From assembly GCA_964291405.2 (NCBI GenBank), contig OZ219926.1, forward strand, positions 672,001-736,000: DNA of 64,000 nucleotides. Direction: 5' to 3'. This document shows positions 41,195-51,030 of this stretch, one piece after another (the first letter of the stretch is position 1; every line of letters starts with the position of its first letter). The notes under the pieces are model-generated. The model did no database searches, was not told the DNA's origin, and saw only the letters and a list, made by a program, of their open reading frames with translations. The position numbers and the translations under genes were made by a program. This DNA is from Thermodesulfobacteriota bacterium. Lineage in GTDB: Bacteria; Desulfobacterota; Binatia; Bin18.

Positions 41195-41977
41195 TTAGCC
41201 CATCAGCCCAGGGTTGGCTCCGCCGTCTATGGTGATATTGGCACCGTGGATAAAGGCCGCACGCGCGGAGGAGAGAAACAGGATCAGGTCCGCGACTTCC
41301 TCCGCTTCGCCAACGCGGCCCAGCGGGGTCATTTTGCGGAGGGTTGCTTCAGGGCTGCCGCCTCCCTGACTAAAGACGGAGGCAAACTTTTGGAGCCGTT
41401 CGGTCAGAATCGGGCCGGGGTTGATGCCGGCGACTCGAACCCCGTGCTTCGCCCCTTCGGCAGCCAGGGCTTTGGTAAAATGGTTGAGCGCCGCATTAGC
41501 CGCGCCACCGACCATATAATTGGCTATGGGCCGCAGGCCACCGGTTCCAATAATATTCACAATAACGCCGCTGCCCTGCTGCTGCATGTGCGGAAAAACC
41601 TCGCGCGCCATCCGCACATAGCCAAAAAACTTGAGCGTCCAGTCCTCCGTCCAGTCCTCGTCCGAGATTTCAAGAAACGGACCGGGCCGGGCACTGCCGG
41701 CATTGTTCACTAGAATGTCGATCCGTCCGAATTCTTCCAGGCAACGTGCCACCACGTTTTTGATCGCCTCAGCCTGGGTAAGGTCAGCCTGCACGGCGAT
41801 GAGGCGTCCACGCCCCACACCCTGGGCAAGCGCGACGGTCTCGTCCAGGGCCTCTGAGCCCCGAGCGCAAATGAGGACAGCCGCCCCTTCGGCGAGAAAA
41901 CCAAGCGCGGCCGCCCGGCCTATGCCTTTGCTGCCGCCGGTTACGAGCACGACTTTGTTTTCGAGTTCGAGTTGCAT
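41195..41977 (-). CDS. SDR family oxidoreductase
   Basis: [24 protein letters not shown]; the usual YxxxK catalytic motif is not evident. Confidence 0.9.
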   Translation of the reverse strand: MQLELENKVVLVTGGSKGIGRAAALGFLAEGAAVLICARGSEALDETVALAQGVGRGRLIAVQADLTQAEAIKNVVARCLEEFGRIDILVNNAGSARPGPFLEISDEDWTEDWTLKFFGYVRMAREVFPHMQQQGSGVIVNIIGTGGLRPIANYMVGGAANAALNHFTKALAAEGAKHGVRVAGINPGPILTERLQKFASVFSQGGGSPEATLRKMTPLGRVGEAEEVADLILFLSSARAAFIHGANITIDGGANPGLMG

Positions 41978-41985
41978 GCGACGCT

Positions 41986-42402
41986 CTACACCGGACGAAA
42001 TTTTGGGATCTTAACCCCAGGTTCGTGTTCAACAAAGACGACCTCGACCGGCATATCCATGGTGATTGCGTCATTGTCGATATCGACCAGACTGGTCACC
42101 ATAATAAGGTCGACATCTTCGTCCAATTGCACCTGCGCCACGTTATACGGCACTTTTTCATTCGCGGCCGGGTGGACCGGATGGACAATAATGGTCCACG
42201 AAAACACTTTACCTCTACCGCTCATTTTCACCCATTCGTGCTCCAGGGCGTTACAGTGCGGGCACATGGGTTTGGGCAGCCAACGAAACCGCTGGCAGGC
42301 AGTACACCGCTGCATCAGCAGTTCATCGCGATTGCAGCCATTCCAGAATTCTTCATCGTCGATATTCGGTACCGGGCGAGGAAAATTTATTGCGTCAGCC
42401 AC
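41986..42402 (-). CDS. Zn-ribbon/OB-fold (DUF35/ChsH2-like) protein
   Basis: EFWNG..QRCTAC..PMCPHC..SGRGKVFSWT..PYNVAQVQLDE. Confidence 0.9.
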   Translation of the reverse strand: MADAINFPRPVPNIDDEEFWNGCNRDELLMQRCTACQRFRWLPKPMCPHCNALEHEWVKMSGRGKVFSWTIIVHPVHPAANEKVPYNVAQVQLDEDVDLIMVTSLVDIDNDAITMDMPVEVVFVEHEPGVKIPKFRPV

Positions 42403-42455
42403 ACTCAGGTCTCCCCTTTCCTTATCCTGGTGATTTTCCTTATCCCAGAACAACC

Positions 42456-43316
42456 CTATTGAATAGAGGTAATCAGCTTTGCGTGCCGTTCGAGAACCGG
42501 CCACTGCGTGTCAGATTGGTCCGGCTCAATAAGAAAGAGGATGCGATTCGCCCCAACGCTCAGCAGTTCCTCAACCCGGCTTTCGACCGAGTTCTCTCCG
42601 GCAAACGCTGCTCCGGTGATCACACTCAGGTCAAACTGATCCATAGAGCGCCCGTACTGCTCCATCTGTTCGCGGATCGCAGCGAGCCCGCTAGCCAGGT
42701 CTGGTCGATCAATGGGAATCCAGCCGTCACAGTATTCGGCAATCCGCTTTGGCGACCACTTCGAATCCGCGCCCATTAGGATCGGCGGGCCGCCCGCCTG
42801 TACCGGCTTGGGCCAGCACCAGATAGGATCGAAGTCAACAAACTGACCGTGAAATTCCGCCTCGTCCCTGGTCCAGATTTCCCGGATGGCCAGAACGCGT
42901 TCGCGGGTCTGTTTCCAGCGATCCTTGAACGCTATCCCATGATCGCCCATCTCCTCGGCGTTCCAGCCCGCACCAATACCAAACAGGAAGCGGCCGTTGG
43001 ACACCCGGTCCAGACAGGCTGTGCTCTTGGCCAGATTAATGGGATTGTGCTCCGGCACCAGACAGACCGACGTTCCAATCTTGAGCGTGCGGGTCACTGC
43101 CGCAGCCGCGGTCAACCCGACAAAAGGATCGTAGAACTCGCTGTAATACATGGGGAGTTCCCCGCCCAGCGGAAACGGCGTCTTGCGGCTAGTGGGAATA
43201 TGCGAGTGCTCTCCAAAGAACAGGGACTCAAAGCCCTTCTCTTCGGCCCAACGCGCCAGGTCTGCGGGTTGGATGCTGTAATGCGTTGGAATTGTTACCA
43301 GGCCAAAGTCTGCCAT
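42456..43316 (-). CDS. LLM-class putative F420-dependent oxidoreductase (Rv2161c-like)
   Basis: AEEKGFESLFFGEHSHIP, DPFVGL, GIGAGWNAEE, PKPVQ. Confidence 0.88.
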   Translation of the reverse strand: MADFGLVTIPTHYSIQPADLARWAEEKGFESLFFGEHSHIPTSRKTPFPLGGELPMYYSEFYDPFVGLTAAAAVTRTLKIGTSVCLVPEHNPINLAKSTACLDRVSNGRFLFGIGAGWNAEEMGDHGIAFKDRWKQTRERVLAIREIWTRDEAEFHGQFVDFDPIWCWPKPVQAGGPPILMGADSKWSPKRIAEYCDGWIPIDRPDLASGLAAIREQMEQYGRSMDQFDLSVITGAAFAGENSVESRVEELLSVGANRILFLIEPDQSDTQWPVLERHAKLITSIQ

Positions 43317-43352
43317 ACGTCTCTCCCTTCTATTCCCTTCCCTGAGTGGACC

Positions 43353-43387
43353 AAAAAACAAAAAGGGCGGCCGTGCGGTCGCCCTTT
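43353..43387 (-). terminator. Intrinsic terminator after the FmdB gene
   Basis: Minus strand AAAGGGCGACC-GCAC-GGCCGCCCTTT running into a T-rich tract. Confidence 0.8.
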
Positions 43388-43406
43388 CAGTACGGTTGCC
43401 ATCACC

Positions 43407-43949
43407 TTAGTGCGCATGCGCCGGCTGCTTCTTCTTTTGCTTCCCCTGTCCGTGGCGGTGGGAATGGGTATGGTCGTGCGCCTGCCCTTTTGTCTGTGCG
43501 TGTCCGTGGAGCCGGAAGTTGGTGTCATGACTGTGCGTGTGTCCGTAGTCATGATCATGCCCGTGCGTCGCCGGTGCATAGGTGGGCTGTTTGAGCCCAC
43601 GCTGCTTGCGGACTTCCTTGGCCCGAGCAACGGAGTCGTCAAACTGGTTGCCCTTGCCCGCGGCGTGCGCGGCAAAACGTTTAACCGAATACTCATCCAT
43701 GTGGCAGGACAGCGGGATTTGCGAGTGCTGCATACACAAAGGTCGTGGGTCACGCGAGTTCTTGCGCGAGGCGGCCACCGGATCATAGGGTTCCCCGCTC
43801 ACGCCATGAGAAATGGCAAAAGAGGAAACGATCCGGGGAGCCTTTCTGCCACAGTCCGGACAAGGCTTTTTCGTCTGCGCCTCACCCAGGGAGCAGAGTT
43901 CTTCAAAGACGATGTCACAGGGCGGGCAGTGGTATTCGTAGAGTGGCAT
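43407..43949 (-). CDS. FmdB-family zinc-ribbon protein with His-rich tail
   Basis: MPLYEYHCPPC..FE..CPDCG motif; C terminus HGHDHDYGHTHSH..HDHTHSHRHG. Confidence 0.85.
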   Translation of the reverse strand: MPLYEYHCPPCDIVFEELCSLGEAQTKKPCPDCGRKAPRIVSSFAISHGVSGEPYDPVAASRKNSRDPRPLCMQHSQIPLSCHMDEYSVKRFAAHAAGKGNQFDDSVARAKEVRKQRGLKQPTYAPATHGHDHDYGHTHSHDTNFRLHGHAQTKGQAHDHTHSHRHGQGKQKKKQPAHAH

Positions 43950-43977
43950 GCTGACATATCCTCTTTACCTCATGGCT

Positions 43978-44763
43978 TTACTCAATGGCGGTTGGTGCGT
44001 GGGGCAGCTCATCCCAGTCTTCCGGATCGTGCGAGATCCAGACCGTACACTCGTGCAGATCCCGAATAGCCCGTAGGCGTTGGATGGATAACGACGAAGT
44101 CGCGGGGTCGGTGTCCAGCGGCATCCCGGACAGAGTGTTGAATTGCTCACGCAGGTGGAGCGTGTCGCCGACCAGGAGGATGGAACGATTCGGCAGACGG
44201 ACATGTAGGGAGCTTTCCCCAGGAGTATGCCCCGGAGTTTTCAGCATATGCAGGCTGCCGTCCCCGAAAATATCAAAGTCGCCGTTGAGCTCAAGCCACT
44301 GAAAACCCCGTGTGGGAACGATATCCTTGAACACAAACACGTCGCGCAGGTGGGGCTCCGGCCAGTAGGCGTAACGCAACTCGTCCTTCATGATGATGAA
44401 GGTCGCGTTGGGGAAGGCGTGCATATAGCCCGTGTGGTCGAGGTGTAGATGGGAGAGCAGGACATACTTGATGTCCGACATCTTGTAGCCGAGCGCCTGA
44501 ATCTGCCGGTCGAGCAGCATCTCCTTGGGATACGAAACCTGAAGATGCTCGGCAAACGGCCCCCAGTGCGCAACCGGGTCATCCGCCACCGCGGGGTGGC
44601 AGCCGGTGTCGAACAGAACCAGGCCCTTCTCATGTTCAATCAGATAGGCCGGACAGGGTATGGTCACCAAATCCGGGGCACCGCCGTGCATCAGCAACGC
44701 TTGCGGAACGGTCAGTTCCGCGTTCGGCAATGCCCACATACGCCGCGCTTTTCCATCCGCCAT
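43978..44763 (-). CDS. N-acyl-homoserine lactonase-like metallo-beta-lactamase
   Basis: LFDTG, SHLHLDHTG, DIFGDGS, TPGHTPG, GD, ISHD. Confidence 0.88.
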   Translation of the reverse strand: MADGKARRMWALPNAELTVPQALLMHGGAPDLVTIPCPAYLIEHEKGLVLFDTGCHPAVADDPVAHWGPFAEHLQVSYPKEMLLDRQIQALGYKMSDIKYVLLSHLHLDHTGYMHAFPNATFIIMKDELRYAYWPEPHLRDVFVFKDIVPTRGFQWLELNGDFDIFGDGSLHMLKTPGHTPGESSLHVRLPNRSILLVGDTLHLREQFNTLSGMPLDTDPATSSLSIQRLRAIRDLHECTVWISHDPEDWDELPHAPTAIE

Positions 44764-44882
44764 AAAACCCTCCTGTTTTTGTCGGAAAGCCCTGTTGGAA
44801 ACCTGCTCGAAACCGTTGAACGCATCCTAGGCCATGCCTGTTCGCTGTGTCAAACACAGCATCCTCGCCCACCTACCTTAAA

Positions 44883-45593
44883 TTATTTGGTTGCCCTGTG
44901 CTGACGTAGGAGGTTGGCGATTTCCATGTGGCCTGCCCGTGCCGCCCTATGAAGCGCGGTCGCTCCGCGCCAGTCTTGCTCGTCCACATTCGCCCCGTGC
45001 TCCAAGAGAATCCCGACACTTGCCGTGTCGCCTGCTCCTGCCGCCCTGTGGAGCGCGGTTTCTCCGCACCCGGCTTGCGCCTGCACATTCGCTCCGTGTT
45101 CCAGGAGAGCCCTGACAATTTCCGTATGACCACTACCTACCGCCGAATTGAGCGCGGTCCAGCCGCCCTGGTCTTGTACATCCACATCCACGCCGTGTTC
45201 CAGGAGCAGCTTGACGGTGGCCGTGTCGCCCGTTCGTACCGCCTCGTGGAGCGCGGTCCAACCGTCTTTGTCTTGCACGGACGCATCCGCGCCGTGTTCC
45301 AGAAGCACTCTCATACTTGCCGTGTGGTCCTCCCATAGCGCCCAAAGGAACGCGGTCGCCCCGTCCTTGTCCTGCGCATCCACGTCCGCCCCGTGCTCTA
45401 GGAGAATTCTGACGAGGTCTGTCTTGTCCGCCCATGCCGCCCAATGGAGCGCGGTCGCTCCGTCTCCGTCTGGCGTGTTCACATTCGCCCCATTTTCAAG
45501 GAGGCGCTTAACGGTTGCCGCGTCACCCGCCCTTACCACCCTATGGAACGGGGTTGCTCCGTCCGTGGCTTGGGTATGGGTATTTTCGGCCAT
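44883..45593 (-). CDS. Ankyrin-repeat protein (six to seven repeats)
   Basis: Repeated DG-x-TALH-x-A...LLEHGA-x-V units about 33 aa apart. Confidence 0.92.
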   Translation of the reverse strand: MAENTHTQATDGATPFHRVVRAGDAATVKRLLENGANVNTPDGDGATALHWAAWADKTDLVRILLEHGADVDAQDKDGATAFLWALWEDHTASMRVLLEHGADASVQDKDGWTALHEAVRTGDTATVKLLLEHGVDVDVQDQGGWTALNSAVGSGHTEIVRALLEHGANVQAQAGCGETALHRAAGAGDTASVGILLEHGANVDEQDWRGATALHRAARAGHMEIANLLRQHRATK

Positions 45594-45625
45594 GTCTTCT
45601 CCTTCCGTTCTTCTCCGCCACCACC

Positions 45626-46813
45626 TTACCGACTTTTCGGTAACTTCAGCACGCGCTCGCCGATGACCCCACGCAGAATTTCATTTGTGCCGGCGGCAAT
45701 GGTCCCGGACCGGGCGGTGAGAGCCCGGTACGACCAGCGTGCCTGATCAATGGCAAATGGGGAGTCTTTGGCCAGGGTCGAGTAAGGCCCCAGAAGCTCC
45801 ATGGCAAAATTGGCGACACGCAGATTCAGTTCCGTAGAAGTGATTTTCGCAAAAGACCCTTCCGGGCCCGGCGGCTGTCCCTTTATCTGACGCGTAAGCC
45901 GCCGCAGTTCATTATACTTTATCGCTGCTCCTTCTATGGCAAACTGGACGAGTTGCTGGCGTACGGCGGCGTTTTCGCTGGCCGGCTTTCCATCGCGTTC
46001 CAGCCGGTGTGCCAGGTCATACAGTTGGGGCAGGAGCGTCTCCACCCGGTAGTAACTGCTGGTGGCCACACGTTCAAACATCAGGGTGGTAATCGCCACC
46101 ATCCAGCCGCGGTTTTTTTCGCCAACCAGGTGCTCTTTGGGCACCCGGACGTCTTCGAAAAAGACTTCGTTAAACTCGGCATCGCCATTCATTTGGACGA
46201 GCGGCCGGACCGTAATACCAGGACTACGCATATCAACCAGCAGATAGCTGATACCGTTATGCTTGGGCGCGTCCGGGTCAGTGCGGACCAGCAAAAAACA
46301 CCAGTCCGAGTGCTGCGCCCAGCTTGTCCATACCTTCTGACCGTTCACCACAAAATGATCGCCGTCTTCCACCGCACGCGTCTGGAGGGAGGCCAGGTCC
46401 GAACCCGAGTCCGGCTCGGAGTAGCCCTGACACCACAGCTCTTCGGCCGGCAGGATTTTGGGCAGGAAGCGCTGCTTTTGCTCCTCCGTCCCCCAGTGCA
46501 TGAGCGTTGGCCCCAGCATGGTGACCCCGCTCATATTGATCCCACCGGGCACCTGGGCACGCGCCAGCTCTTCGTTGAAAATTGCCTGCTCACTGACCGA
46601 CGCCCCCCGTCCGCCGTATTCCTGCGGCCACCACAGGCCAATCCAGCCCCCGGCGTGCAGTGTTTTATGCCAGTCCTTTCGCCGTTCCCAGCGTTCGTCG
46701 ACGCTGAGGTCATCGTCTTTTCCGGCTCGTAAGTCGGCTGGTATATGTGCTTCCAGCCAGGAGCGGACCTCATGGCGAAATTGCTCTTCTTCGGACGTAT
46801 AGCTGAAGTCCAT
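45626..46813 (-). CDS. Acyl-CoA dehydrogenase family protein
   Basis: WCQGYSEPDSGSDLASL, NGQKVWTS, FNEVFFEDV, TIAAGTNEI. Confidence 0.93.
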   Translation of the reverse strand: MDFSYTSEEEQFRHEVRSWLEAHIPADLRAGKDDDLSVDERWERRKDWHKTLHAGGWIGLWWPQEYGGRGASVSEQAIFNEELARAQVPGGINMSGVTMLGPTLMHWGTEEQKQRFLPKILPAEELWCQGYSEPDSGSDLASLQTRAVEDGDHFVVNGQKVWTSWAQHSDWCFLLVRTDPDAPKHNGISYLLVDMRSPGITVRPLVQMNGDAEFNEVFFEDVRVPKEHLVGEKNRGWMVAITTLMFERVATSSYYRVETLLPQLYDLAHRLERDGKPASENAAVRQQLVQFAIEGAAIKYNELRRLTRQIKGQPPGPEGSFAKITSTELNLRVANFAMELLGPYSTLAKDSPFAIDQARWSYRALTARSGTIAAGTNEILRGVIGERVLKLPKSR

Positions 46814-47014
46814 ACCCTCTCCTTTTCTGCGCAGTCTGGGTATTACACCAAACGTCTTTCTGAGGCACAAGAGGATTGTTGAGCAGCAGTCTGATGCAGA
46901 GCCCGGAGCCTGACTCCGTGAGGCAGGCAATTTCCGTTGCCGGAGAAAACTTATACAATCACTGAAGTCTGAGATAAGGTAGGCAAGAATCGATCCTACC
47001 CGGAAGCAGCGCAG

Positions 47015-48301
47015 ATGATTACCACAGCCTGTATTTTTATTCCTGCGACAGGCCCTGACCCCTTGGCCCTGCTAGGGGGGATATCTCTTCTCAAACGCGC
47101 CATCCTCAGCGCCCAACGCGTTGGAGCAAAAACGTGCTATCTAGCCATGGACGCACGCTCGGGACTCCAGTCCGCCCGGCAGGAAGCACTGCAACGCGAC
47201 CTGTGCGGCGATAAACGCCTCACGACTCAAATCGTCTGGACGCAGACGACTGACGCTCAACCCGAACCAGTCCGGACTGTTACCAACGGGCGCTGTCTCT
47301 ACTATTCGCTCGCCACGCTCTTTTCCCCAGCTCTGGCATTTGACCTCGACCGAACTGCTCAGCCTGGCGAGACGCTGAGCGTCGGAACGGAGGGCGGCAC
47401 GTCCGCGTTGGTCCTCGGCCCGCAGCCGGATGCAGCCTGCGGTCTTCCTGTCCAGGAAACGGCAGTCAGGACTGGGACGACGGCTCTGGCCGCCCACCCT
47501 CAGACACCGCTCAGGGCCGTTTCTGCCTCCCCTCACCTGCTCTACCGGTTGACTGATTCGACTTCCCTCCGGCGCGCGGAATCGGCCCTCCTCGCCTCGC
47601 TCGATAATCCAAAGGACGGTTTGGTCGATACCTATCTCAATCGCAAACTCTCTCGTTCTTTGACGCATTTTCTTTTACGGACGGCTCTGACTCCGAACCA
47701 GATTACGTCACTGTCCTGCCTGATTGGCCTCTTCGGCGCGGCCTGTTTCTTTCGGGCCGACTATTGGGGACCCGTTTTTGGCGCCCTCCTCTTACAGCTC
47801 TCCGCCGTGCTTGACTGCTGTGATGGAGAAGTCGCCCGGATGAAGTTTCTCGAGTCCCGGCTAGGTGCCTGGCTCGATATTACGCTCGACACCGTCGTTC
47901 ACCTCGCCACCTTCGTCGGCCTGGGCTTCGCAGTCTGGGCTCAGGGCGGGACGCAGGCGCCATTTGTTCTTGTCGGCCTCATGGTCGGAGGAATCGTGTT
48001 GTCTTTCGCCTGTGTCGTCGTGGCGGACCGAACGGTCGTACCCGATCCGTACCAGCGCACCTGGCAGGCTAGGCTGTTACACAGAATGGTATTCGGCTTA
48101 GCAAGTCGTGACTATTCGTTATTGATCTTCCCGTGCGCGGTATTTCAACAATTATCGTGGTTTCTCTGGGCCTCGGCCGTTGGAGTACAGGTGTTCTGGC
48201 TGACGGTGACGGTCTTGTTGTATCACGTCCGACGGTTCAAACGCGCGACCCATTGCCCGGCACACGCGCCCGTGCAACACTCATCTTCCCGCCTGCCCTA
48301 G
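47015..48301 (+). CDS. CDP-alcohol phosphatidyltransferase family protein with degenerate N-terminal NTP-transferase-like domain
   Basis: TPNQIT and DCCDGEVAR..G..LD..LD motif; N terminus LGGISLLKRAI. Confidence 0.82.
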   Translation: MITTACIFIPATGPDPLALLGGISLLKRAILSAQRVGAKTCYLAMDARSGLQSARQEALQRDLCGDKRLTTQIVWTQTTDAQPEPVRTVTNGRCLYYSLATLFSPALAFDLDRTAQPGETLSVGTEGGTSALVLGPQPDAACGLPVQETAVRTGTTALAAHPQTPLRAVSASPHLLYRLTDSTSLRRAESALLASLDNPKDGLVDTYLNRKLSRSLTHFLLRTALTPNQITSLSCLIGLFGAACFFRADYWGPVFGALLLQLSAVLDCCDGEVARMKFLESRLGAWLDITLDTVVHLATFVGLGFAVWAQGGTQAPFVLVGLMVGGIVLSFACVVVADRTVVPDPYQRTWQARLLHRMVFGLASRDYSLLIFPCAVFQQLSWFLWASAVGVQVFWLTVTVLLYHVRRFKRATHCPAHAPVQHSSSRLP

Positions 48302-48384
48302 GCGCGTCTCACCGCCACGCCTTGCACGGCTCTGCTCCGGTCCGTACCATGTGATGGAACGCCCGACAGCCCAAGGATAGTACT

Positions 48385-49536
48385 ATGGATTTTGCCTTTT
48401 CAGAAGACCAACTCTTGCTGCAACAGACCCTCCGCCAATACGCCAAAGACAAGCTGGCGCCCAATTATCACCGCTGGGACCGGGGCGAGGTCATTTCCCG
48501 TGCGCTCATCAAAGAAGCCGCTGAACTCGGCGTCTTTGGCCTGCGGGTCCCGGAACAGTTTGGTGGGATGATGGCCGACTACGTGACCTGCGGCTTGATG
48601 GCCGAAGAACTATCTCGGGGTGACTTTAACTATAGTCTCTATATTCAGCTTGGTCTCATTGCCTCCGAACTGTTGGCAGACTTTGCCCACCCCGGAGTCC
48701 AGGCAGAATGGCTCCCCCGGCACGCGGCCGGCGAGGCGGTGATCGCTTTTGGCCTGACAGAGCCGGGGGCGGGTTCGGACGCGGCCAATATCACGACCCG
48801 GGCAAAGAGAATGGGCGACGACTACATCATTACTGGAGAAAAAGCCTCCATCACTTTTGCCGGGTATGCAGACGCGTGTATTGTCTTTGCCCGGACCGGA
48901 GACACTGGCGCACGCGGGATCTCGGCCTTTCTGGTTCCGCTCAACGCTCCCGGCGTCACCCGCCAGCCCTATTTTGCGGCTGGAGAGCGATTGACTCAGC
49001 GCGGATCTCTCTTTTTCGATGAAGTCCGAGTGCCTGCGCGCAATATGGTAGGCGAGCCAGGCAAAGGCTTTTACCAGGCGATGATCGCCTTTGATTTCAA
49101 CCGGGCAATCATTGCCCTGGCGTGTATTGGAGCGGCTCAGCAGTCTATTGATGAGACGATTGAGTATACAAAGGGTCGGGAGGTGTTTGGCAAACCGCTA
49201 GCAACATTTGAAGGGGTCGCCTTCCAGATTGCCGAACACTTGACGCTGTTAGAGTCCGCCCGGGTATTGTCGTATAAATGTTTGTGGCTCAAAGATCAGG
49301 GGCGCAAACACACGTCAGAAGCAGCCATGGTCAAATGGTTTGGCCCGAAGTCAGCGGCCGAGGCCATTCATGCCTGTATGATCTTACATGGGCACTACGG
49401 TTATAATATGGAATCTCCGCTTGAACAGCGCTGGCGCGATGTAGTGGGACTCGAAATCGGCGACGGAACACCGGAGATCATGAAGGGCATCGTTGCCCGG
49501 GAAGCGTTTGGTCGGGAATATACTTCGTATCGATAG
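48385..49536 (+). CDS. Acyl-CoA dehydrogenase (cyclohexanecarboxyl-CoA dehydrogenase-like, tentative)
   Basis: FGLTEPGAGSDAA, GEKASIT, EQRWRDVVGLEIGDGT. Confidence 0.88.
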   Translation: MDFAFSEDQLLLQQTLRQYAKDKLAPNYHRWDRGEVISRALIKEAAELGVFGLRVPEQFGGMMADYVTCGLMAEELSRGDFNYSLYIQLGLIASELLADFAHPGVQAEWLPRHAAGEAVIAFGLTEPGAGSDAANITTRAKRMGDDYIITGEKASITFAGYADACIVFARTGDTGARGISAFLVPLNAPGVTRQPYFAAGERLTQRGSLFFDEVRVPARNMVGEPGKGFYQAMIAFDFNRAIIALACIGAAQQSIDETIEYTKGREVFGKPLATFEGVAFQIAEHLTLLESARVLSYKCLWLKDQGRKHTSEAAMVKWFGPKSAAEAIHACMILHGHYGYNMESPLEQRWRDVVGLEIGDGTPEIMKGIVAREAFGREYTSYR

Positions 49537-49571
49537 AAGCAAGGGCACGACTTGCCGTGCCCTTGCTGAAC

Positions 49572-50363
49572 TTAGGCCAGAAAACTCCGGACCTTCTTAA
49601 CAAACGTATCCGCCTGCTCAACCTCGGGGCGATGACCACACCCCTCCAGCACGACCAGTTCGGAGCCGGCAATGGACTGCTGATAGACCGCGGCCGCGCT
49701 CACCGGAGCGATTTGGTCGTCCTGGCCCCAGATAATCAGCGTCTTGACTTCGTCGCCGCACTCAAGCAGGGGTCCCAGACTGGGGTTGAACATATACGGC
49801 TCCCAGGCAATGCGTGCGCTTTCAGCCCGCGCATCTTCCCATGCCTCGAATTGCTCTGGAGTGGGTTCGCCACCGTACAGCTTTGCAAACTCTGGGGTCC
49901 CTTCAATATCCTTCACACCCGCGTCCAGGTAGGCCTTGGCGGTCACCTGGAACATATCCGCAATATATCCCTCTGGAGGACGAACGCCAAAAGGCGCTAC
50001 GAGCACCATACGTCGAAACTGAGCAGCATTGCAGGCCGCCATCTCGGCCGCAATCCAGCCTCCCAGGGAAAAACCGATAACATTTGCCGGCGCGAGATTC
50101 TGTTCTCGGAGTATACGACTGTACAGGCCAGCCAAGTCACGAATATTGCTCACCCACTCGACACGCTCGGTCTGACCGAATCCCGGATGTAAGGGGATCA
50201 TGACCGTATGGTCCCGAGCCAGTTCGTTATGCCAGTTCGTAATCCCAGGGTGGCCAAGTTCTTCATGCAGAACGATCAGAGGGCTGCCGGAACCGCTCTC
50301 AATAACGGTCAACTCAGCGTCCCCGACTTTAACTTTCTTTTCCTCCCATTGTGTCTCTGCCAA
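49572..50363 (-). CDS. Alpha/beta hydrolase
   Basis: HPGFG, GFSLGG nucleophile elbow, WGQDD, GH; TTG start after AAGGAGA. Confidence 0.88.
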   Translation of the reverse strand: MAETQWEEKKVKVGDAELTVIESGSGSPLIVLHEELGHPGITNWHNELARDHTVMIPLHPGFGQTERVEWVSNIRDLAGLYSRILREQNLAPANVIGFSLGGWIAAEMAACNAAQFRRMVLVAPFGVRPPEGYIADMFQVTAKAYLDAGVKDIEGTPEFAKLYGGEPTPEQFEAWEDARAESARIAWEPYMFNPSLGPLLECGDEVKTLIIWGQDDQIAPVSAAAVYQQSIAGSELVVLEGCGHRPEVEQADTFVKKVRSFLA

Positions 50364-50529
50364 AGCAGTGTCTCCTTTCCTTTTATATACAGAGCGGCCA
50401 CCCCTACCACACCCCGTTCGGGATGGAAAGAGCACACCGTCGAAAAGGGTAATACGTACGACATTTACCCACCTATCGGGACTGACCGGATAGGTGAGAA
50501 GAAGAGCAATCAGCTCTCAACGTTTTGAT

Positions 50530-51018
50530 TTAGTTCCCGCCAGGGAGAGGAGAGAAGTGCCAGCTCACAATCTGCCATTGTCCCGAGGGACGCGCATACG
50601 TGAACATGTACTGCCCATTCACCGTCTGCACCATACCGCCCTTCGGCTTAGTCGTCAGTTGATAGAGCCCCCAGGCAACTCCGGTCTCCCCGGTGACCAT
50701 ATATTCTTCATGCGCCGGGTTGAGGTTCGCCTCTTCAAAGGTGTCAAAGTAGTCTTGTACGGCCTGGCGGAAGGCTGCCTTACCGACGGCAGGAAACGGA
50801 GAATATAACCCAAACAAGACAACATCCTCGTGAACGTGGGACATCACGGCATCGAGGTCTTTCCCGTTAATTGCCTGGAGTTCCTCCCCAAAGCTCGTAA
50901 TTAAAGCATCACGCGTCTGCTGGGCAGCGCTCTCCGAGGCGATATTCCCAAGCACCAATACAACGGCGACAACAAGCACATATCTCCAACTCATGGTCCT
51001 TCTTTCCTGGTTTCTCAT
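50530..51018 (-). CDS. Secreted SnoaL/NTF2-like protein
   Basis: Signal peptide; HEDVVLFG..SPF..GK..AWG..YMFTY..WQIVSWHFSPL. Confidence 0.8.
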   Translation of the reverse strand: MRNQERRTMSWRYVLVVAVVLVLGNIASESAAQQTRDALITSFGEELQAINGKDLDAVMSHVHEDVVLFGLYSPFPAVGKAAFRQAVQDYFDTFEEANLNPAHEEYMVTGETGVAWGLYQLTTKPKGGMVQTVNGQYMFTYARPSGQWQIVSWHFSPLPGGN

Positions 51019-51030
51019 TGCACCCCTCCT

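Noticed and set aside
42849-44069. 406-aa plus-strand ORF
   Set aside because: Antisense shadow of three well-supported minus-strand genes; no recognisable motif.
44900-45560. Regular ~99-nt repeats as a possible CRISPR array
   Set aside because: They are in-frame ankyrin repeats with no unique spacers and no cas genes.
49968-49985. Partial similarity to the tRNA-Arg 3' end
   Set aside because: Only about 8 contiguous nt, inside the intact hydrolase coding sequence.
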